NCBI RefSeq assembly: GCF_004010195.1
Contig: NC_057718.1
Span: forward strand, 39,922,579 to 39,947,638
Direction: 5' to 3'
Length of the DNA: 25,060 nucleotides
DNA from: Chiloscyllium plagiosum
Lineage: Eukaryota
Shown: one piece after another, positions 1 through 10,821 of the stretch
Layout: each line of letters opens with the position of its first letter
How positions within the stretch are numbered: position 1 is the first letter of the stretch
Made by a program: the position numbers and the translations under genes
Notes under the pieces: model-generated
Told to the model about the DNA's origin: nothing
The model's database searches: none
What the model saw: only the letters and a program-made list of their open reading frames with translations

Positions 1-1915
1 TAATAGTCAGCACCCCACATCGGTACGGACCATATTAAATCAGAAAGCAGGACAATGGCTCACAGGCTCTAGGATCTTGAAATATGAGGCAATTTTAATA
101 GAGAAGGATGACCTTGTGTTAGTCACAGACAGTTGCTTAAATCCAGCTGCATTCCTGTGGCATGGAGACGGGGAGGCCCCTGGTAATCCAGAACACGACT
201 GCCTCGATATTATTGAATATCAGGCAAAAGTATGGATGGACTTAAGGGACATCTCGCTGCATGCGGGAGCTCAGTTGTTTATCGACGGGTCCTCCTGGAT
301 GATTGAGGGTAAAAGGCACAATGGATATGTAGTAGACGGGATAGAGGGAAGCGTTATTGAGGCTGAAAGACTGCCTAATGGCTGGTCAGCCCAAACTTGT
401 GAACTCCATGCCCTAGAAAGAGCTCTCAGAGCCTTAGAAAACAAGGAAGGAACGGTGTATACAGACTCCAAATATGCATTTGGAGTGGTAACACTTTCGG
501 AAAAATTTGGCAAGAAAGAGGACTAATAAATAGTCGAGGAAACAAACTAGCACATGAAGAATTGATAGAATGAATACTAGAATCCCTGTTACTCCCGAGG
601 GAAATAGCGATAGTTCATATAAATGGACATCAAAAGAGGAATTATCCGGAAGTAAGAGGAAATAGACTGGCCGATGAGGTAGCTAAAGAAGCGGCCCTGA
701 ATCTATAAGGAGCCACAATATACTCCATAATACCAGTAATTCCGGATCCTCAGGGTACCCCATTGTTTACTGCAAAGGAGGAAAAGGAACTAAAAGTCTT
801 AGGGGCAACAAAGACAGTGGTTGGGCACTGGATGTTACCCGATGGGAGAGAGATGTTGAATAAAATGATGATGCGAGAGATTATGGCTGTCCTATATCAG
901 GGGAGTCATTGGGGAGTGCAAGCAATGTGTGATTTAGTCTTAAGGAAATATGGATGCAAAGGGATATATACGATAGCCAAACAGATATGTGTGGGATGTA
1001 TAACATGCATGAAGGTAAACAAGAAGGTGCTAAGGAAACAAGTCCCAGGAGGGAGAGAGCCTGGGCTAAGACCATTCCAGAGCATCCAGGTAGATTATAC
1101 CGAATTACCCAGAGTGGGAAGACTGAGATATGTTGGTAATAGTTGATCATTTATCTGGATGGGCGGAGGCGTATCCTCTGGCCACTGCCACTGCAAGTGG
1201 GGTGTCCAAGATAATACTTGAACACATAGTTCCCAGATATGGGATAGTGGGGTGTATAAATTCGGATCAGGCAACTCACTTTACCTCCAGGGTACTCCAG
1301 GGAACGATGAAGGGGTTAGGGATCTCCTGGGAGTTCCACACCCCTTGGCACCCACCCTCATCAGGAAAGGTTGAGAGAATGAACCAGACACTCAAGAGGC
1401 AGTTATCTAAATTAATAATAGAAACCAGACTCCCTTGGACTAAGTGTTTACCTTTAGCCCTCTTGCGAGTGCGGACGGCCCCAAGGAAAGATTTGGGGCT
1501 GTCCCCTTATGAAATATTGTTTAGCTTGCCCTACTTGGGAACAAAAGGGGAACTGCCAATCCCAGAAACTAAAGATTTGTTCTTAAAGAAGTGTATACTG
1601 GGCTTGACCTCCTCTTTGTCTTTCCTCAGGAAACAGGGTTTATTGGCACAGACTCCGCCCCTTATATTCACCGTTCATCCCATCTGGTCGGGAGATTGGG
1701 TCCTGATTAAGTCATAGACAGAAACTAAATTGCAACTGGATTGGGAGGGACCATACCAGGATCTTTTGACTACCAAAACGGAGATAAGAACGGCGGAGAA
1801 AGGATGGACTCACTACACCAGGATTAAGGGACCAGTGGAATCCCTGGTTGAGAAAGAAGTCTGGACAAACGAATCAACGCAAGAACCACTGAAGCTCAGG
1901 CTAAAAAGACTTTAA
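1..1915 (+). pseudogene. pol: Retroviral pol 3' part (RT connection, RNase H, integrase), disrupted
   Basis: Connection VRTILNQKAGQWLTGSRILKYEAIL. RNase H motifs LFIDGSS, SAQTCELHAL, VYTDSKYAFG, IVHINGHQ, GNRLADEVAK. IN Zn finger Y(for H)QGSHWG...CITC (895-1008). Catalytic D 1093, D 1265, E 1373 give D(35)E spacing. C-terminal WEGPY. Frameshifts near 22, 491, 1129; in-frame stops at 571, 706, 1715; terminal TAA 1913-1915. Confidence 0.95.
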
Positions 1916-2006
1916 GTGACTGATTATACTGTGACGACGTGAGCACTGGATGTTTTTTTTAATAGATTGGATGTAAAGTCTCTCAGCGCTTCAATACTAC
2001 TGTAGA

Positions 2007-3746
2007 ATGCTGGGGATGCTTAGAGTTATGATATTAGCTCTCTTAGTATTGGGATTTTGTCAAACATCGTCTCCACACTTGTTATTAACGGTTCCTGAGT
2101 CTGATAATCCGCAAGTAATAGACGCCGATGCATGCAGCTTAGTAAATTGTGGGGATGTAGATAATCAGAGACAGTACCGCAGCTCAGAGATACATCTTAA
2201 GTCCTATGGGGATGGTACTTGGTATAATGGTCTTGTCACAGTACACCGGACCCCCTTCCGACCAACTCTCGATTATCCCGATAAAAAGTGTAACCCAATA
2301 TACCTAAAGATAAAGAAAACCACATGGCACGAAGCGATTCGGTGGGGGGAACACCTATCGGGTACAATTAAATGAAACATTTGGGATAGAAATGAAAACA
2401 AACAGGAAGGATTTCTCGGACTGTTGTTTTCAAATTAGCATAGGAATAGGAAAGGGAAAACGGGCCGAACAACTGGATATAAGATACAACCTTTCATCCC
2501 TGCCAATGACCCTAAGGTGGTAAAAATTATAGAGGTGAAGGGCTTGAAACAGACCATCAAAATAGAAACTGAATACGGGGATGCAAATGCCTGTGTAGAA
2601 TGGGTAAAGTATGCTGTATGAAGTCTGAATAAGAGCAATTGCTATGCATGTGCCTCCGGTAGACCAATGGTTCAAGTAGTCACCTTTCCGCTCGGGTGGA
2701 AGCAAAACAGGAGGGGCATGACATGCATGATAGCCCTGTATCAGGATGAAACTGCATGGAGTAATAAAAAGTGTATGCCCCTTCTATTAATGTTCCCTCC
2801 TTTAAAGAAGGAAGGTTTAAAGACGCCCCTCCATGTTTTCTGCCGTGGTCAGAAACCACACATCGTGTGTAAACAGGCGAGGAACAAATCGGTCCAGATA
2901 TTTGGGGGAACTGAAATCATGTACCGAAATTGAGTATGAGATGGAAAAGGGAGGAAACTACTCAGCACTGAAGGTTCCCCGAGCGGATCTGTGGTGGTAT
3001 TGGGAGGTAAAATATTGAGACCCACCCTACTTCCAGATTGGAGAGGGATTTGTGCAATTGTACAATTGACAATCCCATTCAACTTGGCATTTGAAAAGGA
3101 GAAGATAGCAATAAAAAGGGGGAGGAGTAAAAGATCATTATTAGACACTTCTTTTGATGATAGGATTTATCTAGACTCTATAGGAGTTCCTAGAGGGGTA
3201 TTGGATGAGTACAGATTGCAGCAGGTTTTGAATCGGCTCTATTCTGGTGGGTAACGTTCAACAAGAATGTGGACTGAATAAACTATATTTTCTAAAATCA
3301 GCAAAGATTCATCAATTACACTAAGGATGCAGTCAAAGGCATAGCAGAACAGCTTGATGCAACCAGTAGAATGGCCTGGGAAAGTAGAATGGCCTTAGAT
3401 ATGATCTTAGCTGAAGAAGGGGGTGTATGTATGATGTTAGGAGGGAGATGCTGTACTTTTATTCCAAATAATACAGCACCTGATGGGTCAATCACTCGTG
3501 CCTTGCGAGGATTGACCACCATGGCGGAAAACTGGCTGAGAATTCAGGGGTGGACACATCATCACGGGATGGCTGGAATCATGGTTTGGGAAATGGAAGG
3601 GAGTGGTAGTCTCCATCCTCACCTCCCTGATAGTGGTAGCAGGGGTACTGGTAGCAAATGGCTGTTGTATCATACCTTGTGTATGGGGACTAACCCAACG
3701 GCTGATTGAGACAGCCTTGGCAAAACAGATGCCCCTAAACGGGTAA
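2007..3746 (+). pseudogene. env: Gamma-type retroviral env, disrupted
   Basis: Signal peptide MLGMLRVMILALLVLGFC; SU CXXC motif CYAC (2640-2651); furin site RSKR (3123-3134); ISD-like ESRMALDMILAEEGGVC; CX6CC CMMLGGRCC (3428-3454); membrane anchor VVVSILTSLIVVAGVLVANGCCIIPCV (~3603-3685). Stops at 2619, 3275, 3293 and several frameshifts. 3' end uncertain; the tail may have run toward the PPT. Confidence 0.93.
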
Positions 3747-3885
3747 TCAGGCAGAGGAACTCTACCCCTTGAACAATGAGGGGATGAGTGACCTTGAGGC
3801 CAAGATGGACGAAGTCTTGGGGATGATGCTTGCAAATTTGGGGACGACATATGAGAGAAATGCAGAAAACAACAATTATTTTTTT

Positions 3886-3897
3886 AAAAAGGGGTAA
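3886..3897 (+). other. Polypurine tract (plus-strand primer), preceded by a T-run
   Basis: TTTTTTT-AAAAAGGGGTAA directly before the LTR-initial TG at 3898. Confidence 0.85.
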
Positions 3898-4261
3898 TGT
3901 GAGAGGCGCTTGCAAATGTTGTTGTTTCTGCAAAAATCACAAGGTTGAATCATGATGGGGGGGGATATATGTCAAGCTAGACATGCTTGCACAAACAGCT
4001 ACAAGTAGCTGCATCTTGCTTCTGCAGGAATCGCAAGGCGGAATCATGAGGGTGAATACCAAGAAATAACTAACCGAAATGGGAGGTAGTCGACTGGTAG
4101 AAATAGATATATTGACATGACAGTTGCAATTGTCACGCACTTAGGGAGTTAATATGAAAAAGATAACCAAATAAGACCCAGTGTTGTGTCAGCAAAAGTA
4201 ATAAGACTCAGCTATCAAGGGGGGGGCATGCTAACAACAGGCCACAGACAGATGTGGTAAG

Positions 4262-4315
4262 CCAATTAGATTAGCAGCTGCACAGAGCAATACAACTATC
4301 ACATATGAAGTATAA
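4262..4315 (+). promoter_or_regulatory. LTR U3 promoter candidates: CCAAT box (4262-4266) and TATAA (4311-4315)
   Basis: Motifs lie ~50 bp apart and ~100 bp upstream of the poly(A) signal, the usual LTR layout. Confidence 0.55.
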
Positions 4316-4414
4316 GGGGAGTACCGAGAGACTCAGCTGAACTGTATTAATTGTAATGTAACCTCCTGATCGGTGTGCCTACTTTGTGGTCACCCAGGCT
4401 TGCAAGAACGTATG

Positions 4415-4420
4415 AATAAA
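4415..4420 (+). terminator. LTR polyadenylation signal
   Basis: AATAAA about 60 bp before the LTR end. Confidence 0.7.
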
Positions 4421-4509
4421 GACTGCTTCAGAATTTGACTCAGACTGAAATTATTGAACAGTAAGCTTCGTTTCTCACAGGTAATATTTTCAAAGCAAAG
4501 ACAAACATA

Positions 4510-4715
4510 AATCTGGAAGTGCAGGAGGAACATATTTTAGAGACAGGGTATTGGCTCTGTGAACAGATTACAGGCATAGTGGTGGATCTAGAAACATTAA
4601 TAGTATTGAAGAAGGTACCAAACAGCTTCTTCTCAACAAAACAATTTGTTTTTATTATAACTGTGCCAATATAGTACAGTGACTGGATGAATCGAAGGTC
4701 TTCTCCTGCCTGAAA
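4510..4715 (+). mobile_element. Old, degraded CR1 LINE 3' end next to the ERV
   Basis: Resembles the CR1 ORF2 C-terminus and the 3'UTR motif (gactggatgaatcgaaggtcttctcctg), compared with clearer CR1 copies in this window. Confidence 0.5.
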
Positions 4716-5052
4716 CTAATACTTTGCTATTCAGGTTTCAGAGATGAATAAACAATGTTCACTCCATTGTATTATTTGCATCAAAACATTCTGAAAAATT
4801 CTGCCTTTGAAGTGAAGAATTAAATTATGCTTACCAAAATGGCTATTAAAGTTTGTCATAATTGAAATAATTGTGCAAAACTCGTCATGCCTTATCTTCA
4901 AACTTACCTGAGGTATGTTAATTTTCCCAAAGTATTGACACGAATGTTGTGAAATGAAACAGTATGCAGCCTTATTTATTCTAAGTTGTGAGTTGCATTA
5001 TGAATAAGAGAATTGAATCATTAATAGCCAAACCATGACTGACAATACAATG

Positions 5053-6159
5053 TCATGGGCACCCGCATGGGCCCCAGCTATGCCTGCCTCTTCGTTGGAT
5101 ATTTGGAACAGTCCATCTTCCGCAGCTACACTGGCACCACCCCCCACCTTTTCCTCCGCTACATCGATGACTGTATCGGCGCTACCTCGTGCTCCCATGA
5201 GGAGGTTGAACAGTTCATCCACTTTACTAACACCTTCCATCCCGACCTCAAATTTACCTGGACCATCTCAGACTCCTCCCTCCCCTTCCTAGACCTCTCC
5301 ATTTCTATCTCGGGCGACTNNNNNNNNNNNNNNNNNNNNNNNNNNNNNNNNNNNNNNNNNNNNNNNNNNNNNNNNNNNNNNNNNNNNNNNNNNNNNNNNN
5401 NNNNNNNNNNNNNNNNNNNNNNNNNNNNNNNNNNNNNNNNNNNNNNNNNNNNNNNNNNNNNNNNNNNNNNNNNNNNNNNNNNNNNNNNNNNNNNNNNNNN
5501 NNNNNNNNNNNNNNNNNNNNNNNNNNNNNNNNNNNNNNNNNNNNNNNNNNNNNNNNNNNNNNNNNNNNNNNNNNNNNNNNNNNNNNNNNNNNNNNNNNNN
5601 NNNNNNNNNNNNNNNNNNNNNNNNNNNNNNNNNNNNNNNNNNNNNNNNNNNNNNNNNNNNNNNNNNNNNNNNNNNNNNNNNNNNNNNNNNNNNNNNNNNN
5701 NNNNNNNNNNNNNNNNNNNNNNNNNNNNNNNNNNNNNNNNNNNNNNNNNNNNNNNNNNNNNNNNNNNNNNNNNNNNNNNNNNNNNNNNNNNNNNNNNNNN
5801 NNNNNNNNNNNNNNNNNNNNNNNNNNNNNNNNNNNNNNNNNNNNNNNNNNNNGGACTCAGCACCGCCTTCTTGACCTGCAATCATCTTCCCGACCTCTCC
5901 GCCCCCACCCCCTCTCCGACCTATCACCCTCACCTTAACCTACTTCCACCTATCGCTTTCCCAACACCCCTCCCCCAAGTCCCTCCTCTCTACCTTTTAT
6001 CTTAGCCTGCTTGGCACACCTTCCTCATTCTTGAAGAAGGGCTTATGCCCGAAACATTGGTTCTCCTGCTCTTTGGATGCTGCCTGACCTGCTGCACTTT
6101 TCCAGCAACACATTTTTCAGCTCTGATCTCCAGCATCTGCAGTCCTCACTTTCTCCTCC
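5053..6159 (+). mobile_element. 5'-truncated Penelope-like element with 14-bp TSD, spanning an assembly gap
   Basis: RT motifs MGTRMGPSYACLFVG, FLRYIDD (YIDD 5160-5171), LPFLDL; 3' terminus shared with other PLE copies; exact direct repeat CTGACAATACAATG at 5039-5052 and 6160-6173. Confidence 0.9.
5320..5852. other. Assembly gap (533 N); a second 10-N gap lies at 15492-15501
   Basis: Runs of N in the sequence. Confidence 1.
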
Positions 6160-7041
6160 CTGACAATACAATGAACCATTTAAGGAGACCATTCCTGTCA
6201 TTATATACTAATCCCCAAGGTCAAGTTGCAGACATTTCTCGGAGTAAGAAGTTGTCTAATTGAGTTTCTTGGCTTAAAATTAATATAAAAGTGAATGCTA
6301 CAAACATGAAATATTCAGAATTTTGAAACAATTCTATATTTAATGTTATGTCTTCACAATGTATTACTTTTGAACTTATAAACAATATATCCTTCCATAA
6401 ATGGAATGTTATAGTCCATTTGGCAGGTTTCCAGGCAAATCCATCTCTTGCTCCTGAATCCACAGCCCACAATCAGCACACAGCCCAATGTCAAATATGT
6501 AGACAATCTAAGGGTGGCCTACTCTATTCCAGTATCCACGAAACAACATCAGACTGACCTTCATATTTATACTAGAAACACAAGTTGTTGCAGCTGCTCT
6601 CAGTGTTCTGTATCACATTAGAAGTTCCACGCAGCATATAAGTTTCAAAGTTTTATCCATCAGTTTTTCTGATCATTGAGGTCTTTGCCAGAAATGTTGA
6701 TATAAATAAAAAGCTAAAGACAGGCAGTTTAAACATGTTAACTGTGTAGAAAAACCTTAGCAAGGGGAAGGTCATACTAATAATTTACTTTATTTATTAA
6801 CAGATGATCTATAAAAAGAATGATCATGTTCTGTATCATTCTGGGCACTTCTGATTGGATTCACAATCTTTTACGTGTAAAAGCAATCTCAACCAGCTCC
6901 CTTTTAGAAAGATTCTTTTTTTGATTTTGTTGTTTTCTTCACTATTAATTTTGGTTTTTAAGCACTGAGTCTGTGGACATTAGCTTAAAATGGGATATAT
7001 GGAATTGGCCCTCATCTTTAAGTAAATAATGCAATTAATTA

Positions 7042-7107
7042 AGATTAGATTCCCTACAGTATGGAAACAGGCCATTTGGCCCAACAAGTCCACACCGACC
7101 CTCCAAA
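7042..7107 (-). mobile_element. Short CR1/HE1-type 3' tail fragment
   Basis: Reverse complement ttgttgggccaaatggcctgtttccatactgtagggaatctaatct resembles the CR1 3' stem-loop plus short tandem tail at 9650-9703. Confidence 0.7.
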
Positions 7108-7955
7108 ATAACTTTTAAACCAAGTATTTAGAAATGTTCTGGCTTGTTTGTTTTGTATCTTCTCATATTTAGTTTGTCTACTGTGGAAGAGTAGGGAGCT
7201 GCACAAATTACCAGTTTGACTTTCTACCTGTTTTTAACTGTGTCATGAATACCCCTTCCTTCGCTGTCAGACCTTGGGCTGGAATCTGAACCTGAATTGT
7301 CTCAAAAGCCTCCTAATGTTCTGCTGAATGGCCAATGTCAAAAAAGAAAAGCTTCTCAGGCATTATAACATCAAGAATTTCTCCTGATAAGCATATGAAA
7401 GCACAGGAAGACATTGTCAAGAAAATAAAGTTGTGCCCCACGCAAGGAGAAAGTTCAAATATGAAATATATAGCTCAGCAGTGCACAAATATGAAACTGG
7501 AATGACAAATGTTTTACAAAAGAACAAGAAATCAAGAAGAGTGTTTACCTAACATTCAGAATGTTATACAAATAGAGGAAATCATCACTGTTTGGATGAA
7601 ATGCATTGGAGGCATGGAAGAGTTGAATTTGAGCTCTCTCATAAGTATCAGATTTATGCTACAAATTAAAACATATCTCACACTAATGTTAATGTTGCCT
7701 TCATTAAAATGTCTAGATGTTAAATGCAAGTACAATTAAAAATTTATTAACTGGTAACTATTGGCAAAGCTAAAACAGCTGATTTTTACCTTTTTGGTTA
7801 AGTGTGAGTTGTGTTGAATGCTTTTGAGGATTTTTCACAATGTGGCCGAGTGAACCTTCGCGCTTTGTTTTATTAAATGAGCCTAATTAATTACCTATGA
7901 TGACCCTATGCTGTCCTTCAAGTCGGATTCCAGACTCATCTTACCTGTGAACTGA

Positions 7956-8088
7956 CATTCCTGATGAAGTGCTTATGCCCGGAACGTCGCTTCTCCTGTT
8001 CCTCTGATGCTGCCTGACCTGCTGTGATTTTCCAGCACTACACTTTTTGACTCTGATCTCCAGCATCTGCAATCCTCACTTTCTCCTA
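7956..8088 (+). mobile_element. Solo PLE terminal repeat (pLTR) starting with a degenerate hammerhead motif
   Basis: Closely similar to 6026-6157; ATTC-CTGATGA-AGTGCTTATGCCC-GGAA-CGTC at 7957-7988. Confidence 0.85.
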
Positions 8089-8089
8089 G

Positions 8090-8283
8090 AGGAAAGTTGG
8101 TGTCCTGCTTTGCAGACAGGGTCATGGAGATGCAGCTGGATGGGGCAGTTCAGAGGCAGGCCACAACAACAGATCATACCAACCTAGCTGAGGTTTTCAC
8201 CTGGGTTAAAGTAGTCTCAGTCGTCTGGACGAATTGCCCAGTTCTGTTCGGAACAAAGACAATGACCTATTCCACTCTGCCAG
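8090..8283 (+). pseudogene. Degraded Myb/SANT-like DNA-binding ORF, probably from a Harbinger/PIF transposon
   Basis: Across frames: CFADRVMEMQLDGAVQR ... AEVFTWVKVVSVV ... RNKDNDLFHSA, matching the F..E..LL / W.EVA..V / RKK.NDL pattern of MSANTD/Harbinger Myb domains. Confidence 0.4.
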
Positions 8284-8718
8284 CATAAGTGTGTCACCTT
8301 CTCTCTGATAGCTACACTCACTCTATCTCTGCCTTTGTACACACCACCTACCAAGTTGCATGCTGTCCCAATCTCACTATTTTCTGCACCATTTTACCCC
8401 ACTCACTGTCACCAACCTGACCCTTGTCAACATTAACTCTGCATATCTCCTGTGCTGCCTACTGACTCACTTGTGTCACTTCCCCATCTGTATAAGCTGT
8501 GCCACCCACTTTCATCTCCTGTGATACCCAGTCATCTCTCATTCAAGGAGGAAAACAGCTACCAGTAGAGGAGAAAGAATCAAGACGGGTGGTGGGCTGC
8601 CTAAAATTTGGCTCCTCACCCCCTTATGTGAACACTGTCTCAACTCTGACCATCTATAGAGGCTGACTGACTGTCTCTAAGCCCCTGAACTACAGTCAGA
8701 GGCTGGCCTTGACTTACT

Positions 8719-9703
8719 GTGCCAGGGGGTCCTCTACTTTTTGTCATTTATATAAATGATTTGGATGTGAGCATAAGAGGTATAGTTAGTAAGTTTGCAG
8801 ATGACACAAAAATTGGAGGTATAGTGGACAGTGAAGAAGGTTACCTCAGGTTACAACAGGATCTTGATCAGATGGGCCAATGGGCTGAGAAGTGGCTGAT
8901 GGAGTTTAATTCAGATAAATGCGAGGTGCTGCATTTTGGGAAAGTAAATCTTAGCAGGACTTATTCACTTAATGATAAGGTCCTAGGGAGTATTGCTGAA
9001 CAAAGAGATCTTGAAGTGCAGGTTCATACCTCCTTGAAAGTGGAATCGCAGGTAGATAGGATAGTGAAGAAGGCGTTTGGTATGCTTTCCTTTATTGGTC
9101 AGAGTATTGAGTACAGGAGTTGGGAGATCATGTTGTGGCTGTACAGGACATTGGTTAGGCAACTTTTGGAATACTGCCTGCAATTCTGGTCTCCTTCCTC
9201 TCGGAAGGATGTTGTGAAACTTGAAAGGGTTCAGAAAAGATTCACAAAGATGTTGCCAGGGTTGCAGGATTTGAGCTATAGGGAGAGGCTGAATAGGCTG
9301 AGGCTGTTTTCCCTGGAGTGTCGGAGGCTGAGGGGTGACCTTATAGAGGTTTACAAAATTATGAGGGGTATGGATAAATAGACAGAATCTTTTCCCTGAG
9401 GTCAGGGAGTCCAGAACTAGAGGGCATAGTTTTAATGTGAGTGGGGAAAGATAAAGAAGAGACCTAAGGGGCAACGTTTTCACACAGAGGGTGGTACGTG
9501 TATGGAATGAGATGGTAGAGGAAGTGGTGGAGGCTGGTACAATTGCAACATTTGGATGGGTATATGAATAGGAAGGGTTTGGAGAGAAATGGGCTGGGTG
9601 CTGGCAGGTGGGACTAGATTGGGTTGGGATATCTGGTCGGCATGGACATGTTGGACCGAAGGGTCTGTTTCCATGCTGTACATTTCTATGACTCTACGAC
9701 TCT
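8719..9703 (+). mobile_element. 5'-truncated CR1 LINE (HER1-like), relatively young
   Basis: Open 220-aa frame with GPLLFVIYINDLD, KFADD (FADD 8794-8805), FNSDKCEVLHFG, LERVQKRFTK; frameshift near 9375; 3'UTR stem-loop ggaccgaagggtct and tail ctatgactctacgactct. Confidence 0.95.
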
Positions 9704-9805
9704 TTGAGTGAAAACTATCCCCTTGACTGAGGCCTGTTGAAGACCAGGACAAGCTTCTTGCCTTTGTGTCTGCATTAAACAGCGTGGCAAAACTGGCTTA
9801 ATATG

Positions 9806-10172
9806 AAACAAAAGCAGAAGTTGCTGGTGAAATTCAGCAGGTCTGACAGCATCTGTGGGGAGAAAGCAGAGTTAATGTTTCAAGTCCCCTGCTGACTCTG
9901 GGGGAGCAAGAAGTCCTGCCTCTGAACCACCCCATCCAGTTGCATCCCCATGACCCTGCCTGCACCAATTTTCCTTTGTCTACCAATTCAAGGCAAATAT
10001 CAGGAACGATGCAGGGAAGCTGGTGGTGTGGGCTCAAGGGATGTTGGTCTTCATCAGAATTTACAGTCACCAGACTCGAAACATTAACTTCACTTCTCTC
10101 CATACCTGCTGAGGTTTGCCAGCATTTCCTGTTTTTGTTTCAGACCTCCAGCATCTGCAGTTCTTTGTTTTC
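9806..10172. mobile_element. Fold-back PLE terminus (inverted pLTR arms) with ~160 bp of unrelated sequence inside
   Basis: 9806-9886 is the imperfect reverse complement of 10073-10140; hammerhead halves tcttcatcagaa (10048-10059, minus) and agtcaccagactcgaaacattaac (plus) lie at the junction. Confidence 0.7.
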
Positions 10173-10821
10173 TTTTCAATGTATTATGAGAGTGGTATCT
10201 CTGGGTGAACAGGCAAAAAGCAAGGCAATGCAAGGCAGGGATGCTGGGGTCATCCAGGTAGGCCCAGGGTGAATGTGCACTATGACAGTGAGCAAAGAGC
10301 CCAGAGATACAGCTCACCCCGTCAATGAGCTGGATGTGTGTCCTTGAACAGACAGTGTCCTGCCAGCAGGATTACAATGTTAATTGCTGGTGCAGCACAA
10401 AGTGCAGCACTGAAGTGCTGAAGCATCCTGTAAGTGGATCAGAGATGTACCATGAGGTTTTGTGTCAGATGCCAATGCCCAGGGATGTGGGGTGCACGTG
10501 ACTGGTGCCCATAGAGGCTTTGGTTCTCAGTGTCTAACGTGAGGGTGGCTCAGAGCAAGCAGCGAGCTCACTTCACTGGGTACCCACTCTGATTCCCATG
10601 ACAAGATTCCTCAACGTCTTGCTTGTTTTGAGCATTTGCTCAGACAGGAAGTTGAATATTAATGAGGCATGTTGGCCTGTCAGCATGGCATTTAACAAAC
10701 TACAGTCTCCCTGAAGTGAAACTTGCCGCTGCTTAAGAAAAAACTCATCAAACTGCTTGTCAAAAGCAAGAATGATGGTATGGGATGCTCCTGATGATGA
10801 CTTCTCACAATACATATGCCA

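Larger units (their letters stand above)
1..4479 (+). mobile_element. Endogenous retrovirus, class I (gamma/epsilon-related, HERV-I/HERV-IP-like); 3' half of provirus, cut by the window start
   Basis: Ordered pol (connection, RNase H, integrase), env (SU/TM), PPT and LTR with 7-bp terminal inverted repeat; many stops and frameshifts. Confidence 0.95.
3898..4479 (+). repeat. 3' LTR of the ERV (582 bp)
   Basis: Starts TGTGAGA (3898-3904) after the PPT and ends TCTCACA (4473-4479), a perfect inverted repeat; contains CCAAT, TATA-like and AATAAA motifs in the expected order. Confidence 0.9.

Noticed and set aside
1715..3277. APOBEC-type G-to-A hypermutation (TGG>TAG at 1715, TGG>TGA at 3275)
   Set aside because: Only two cases, many Trp codons are intact, and other lesions are indels or CpG-type changes.
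2007..3746. Domesticated syncytin-like env gene
   Set aside because: At least three in-frame stops and several frameshifts; no intact ORF.
3957..3975. Alternative PPT/LTR start at the G8 run
   Set aside because: The 3898 start has a T-run plus PPT and a perfect 7-bp inverted match to the LTR end; this site has no matching terminus.
5055..6005. Long ORFs of 214-316 aa in the ORF track
   Set aside because: Their length comes from translating through the N gap; only the first ~88 codons are real PLE RT.
8983..9483. 166-aa minus-strand ORF
   Set aside because: Antisense shadow of CR1 ORF2.
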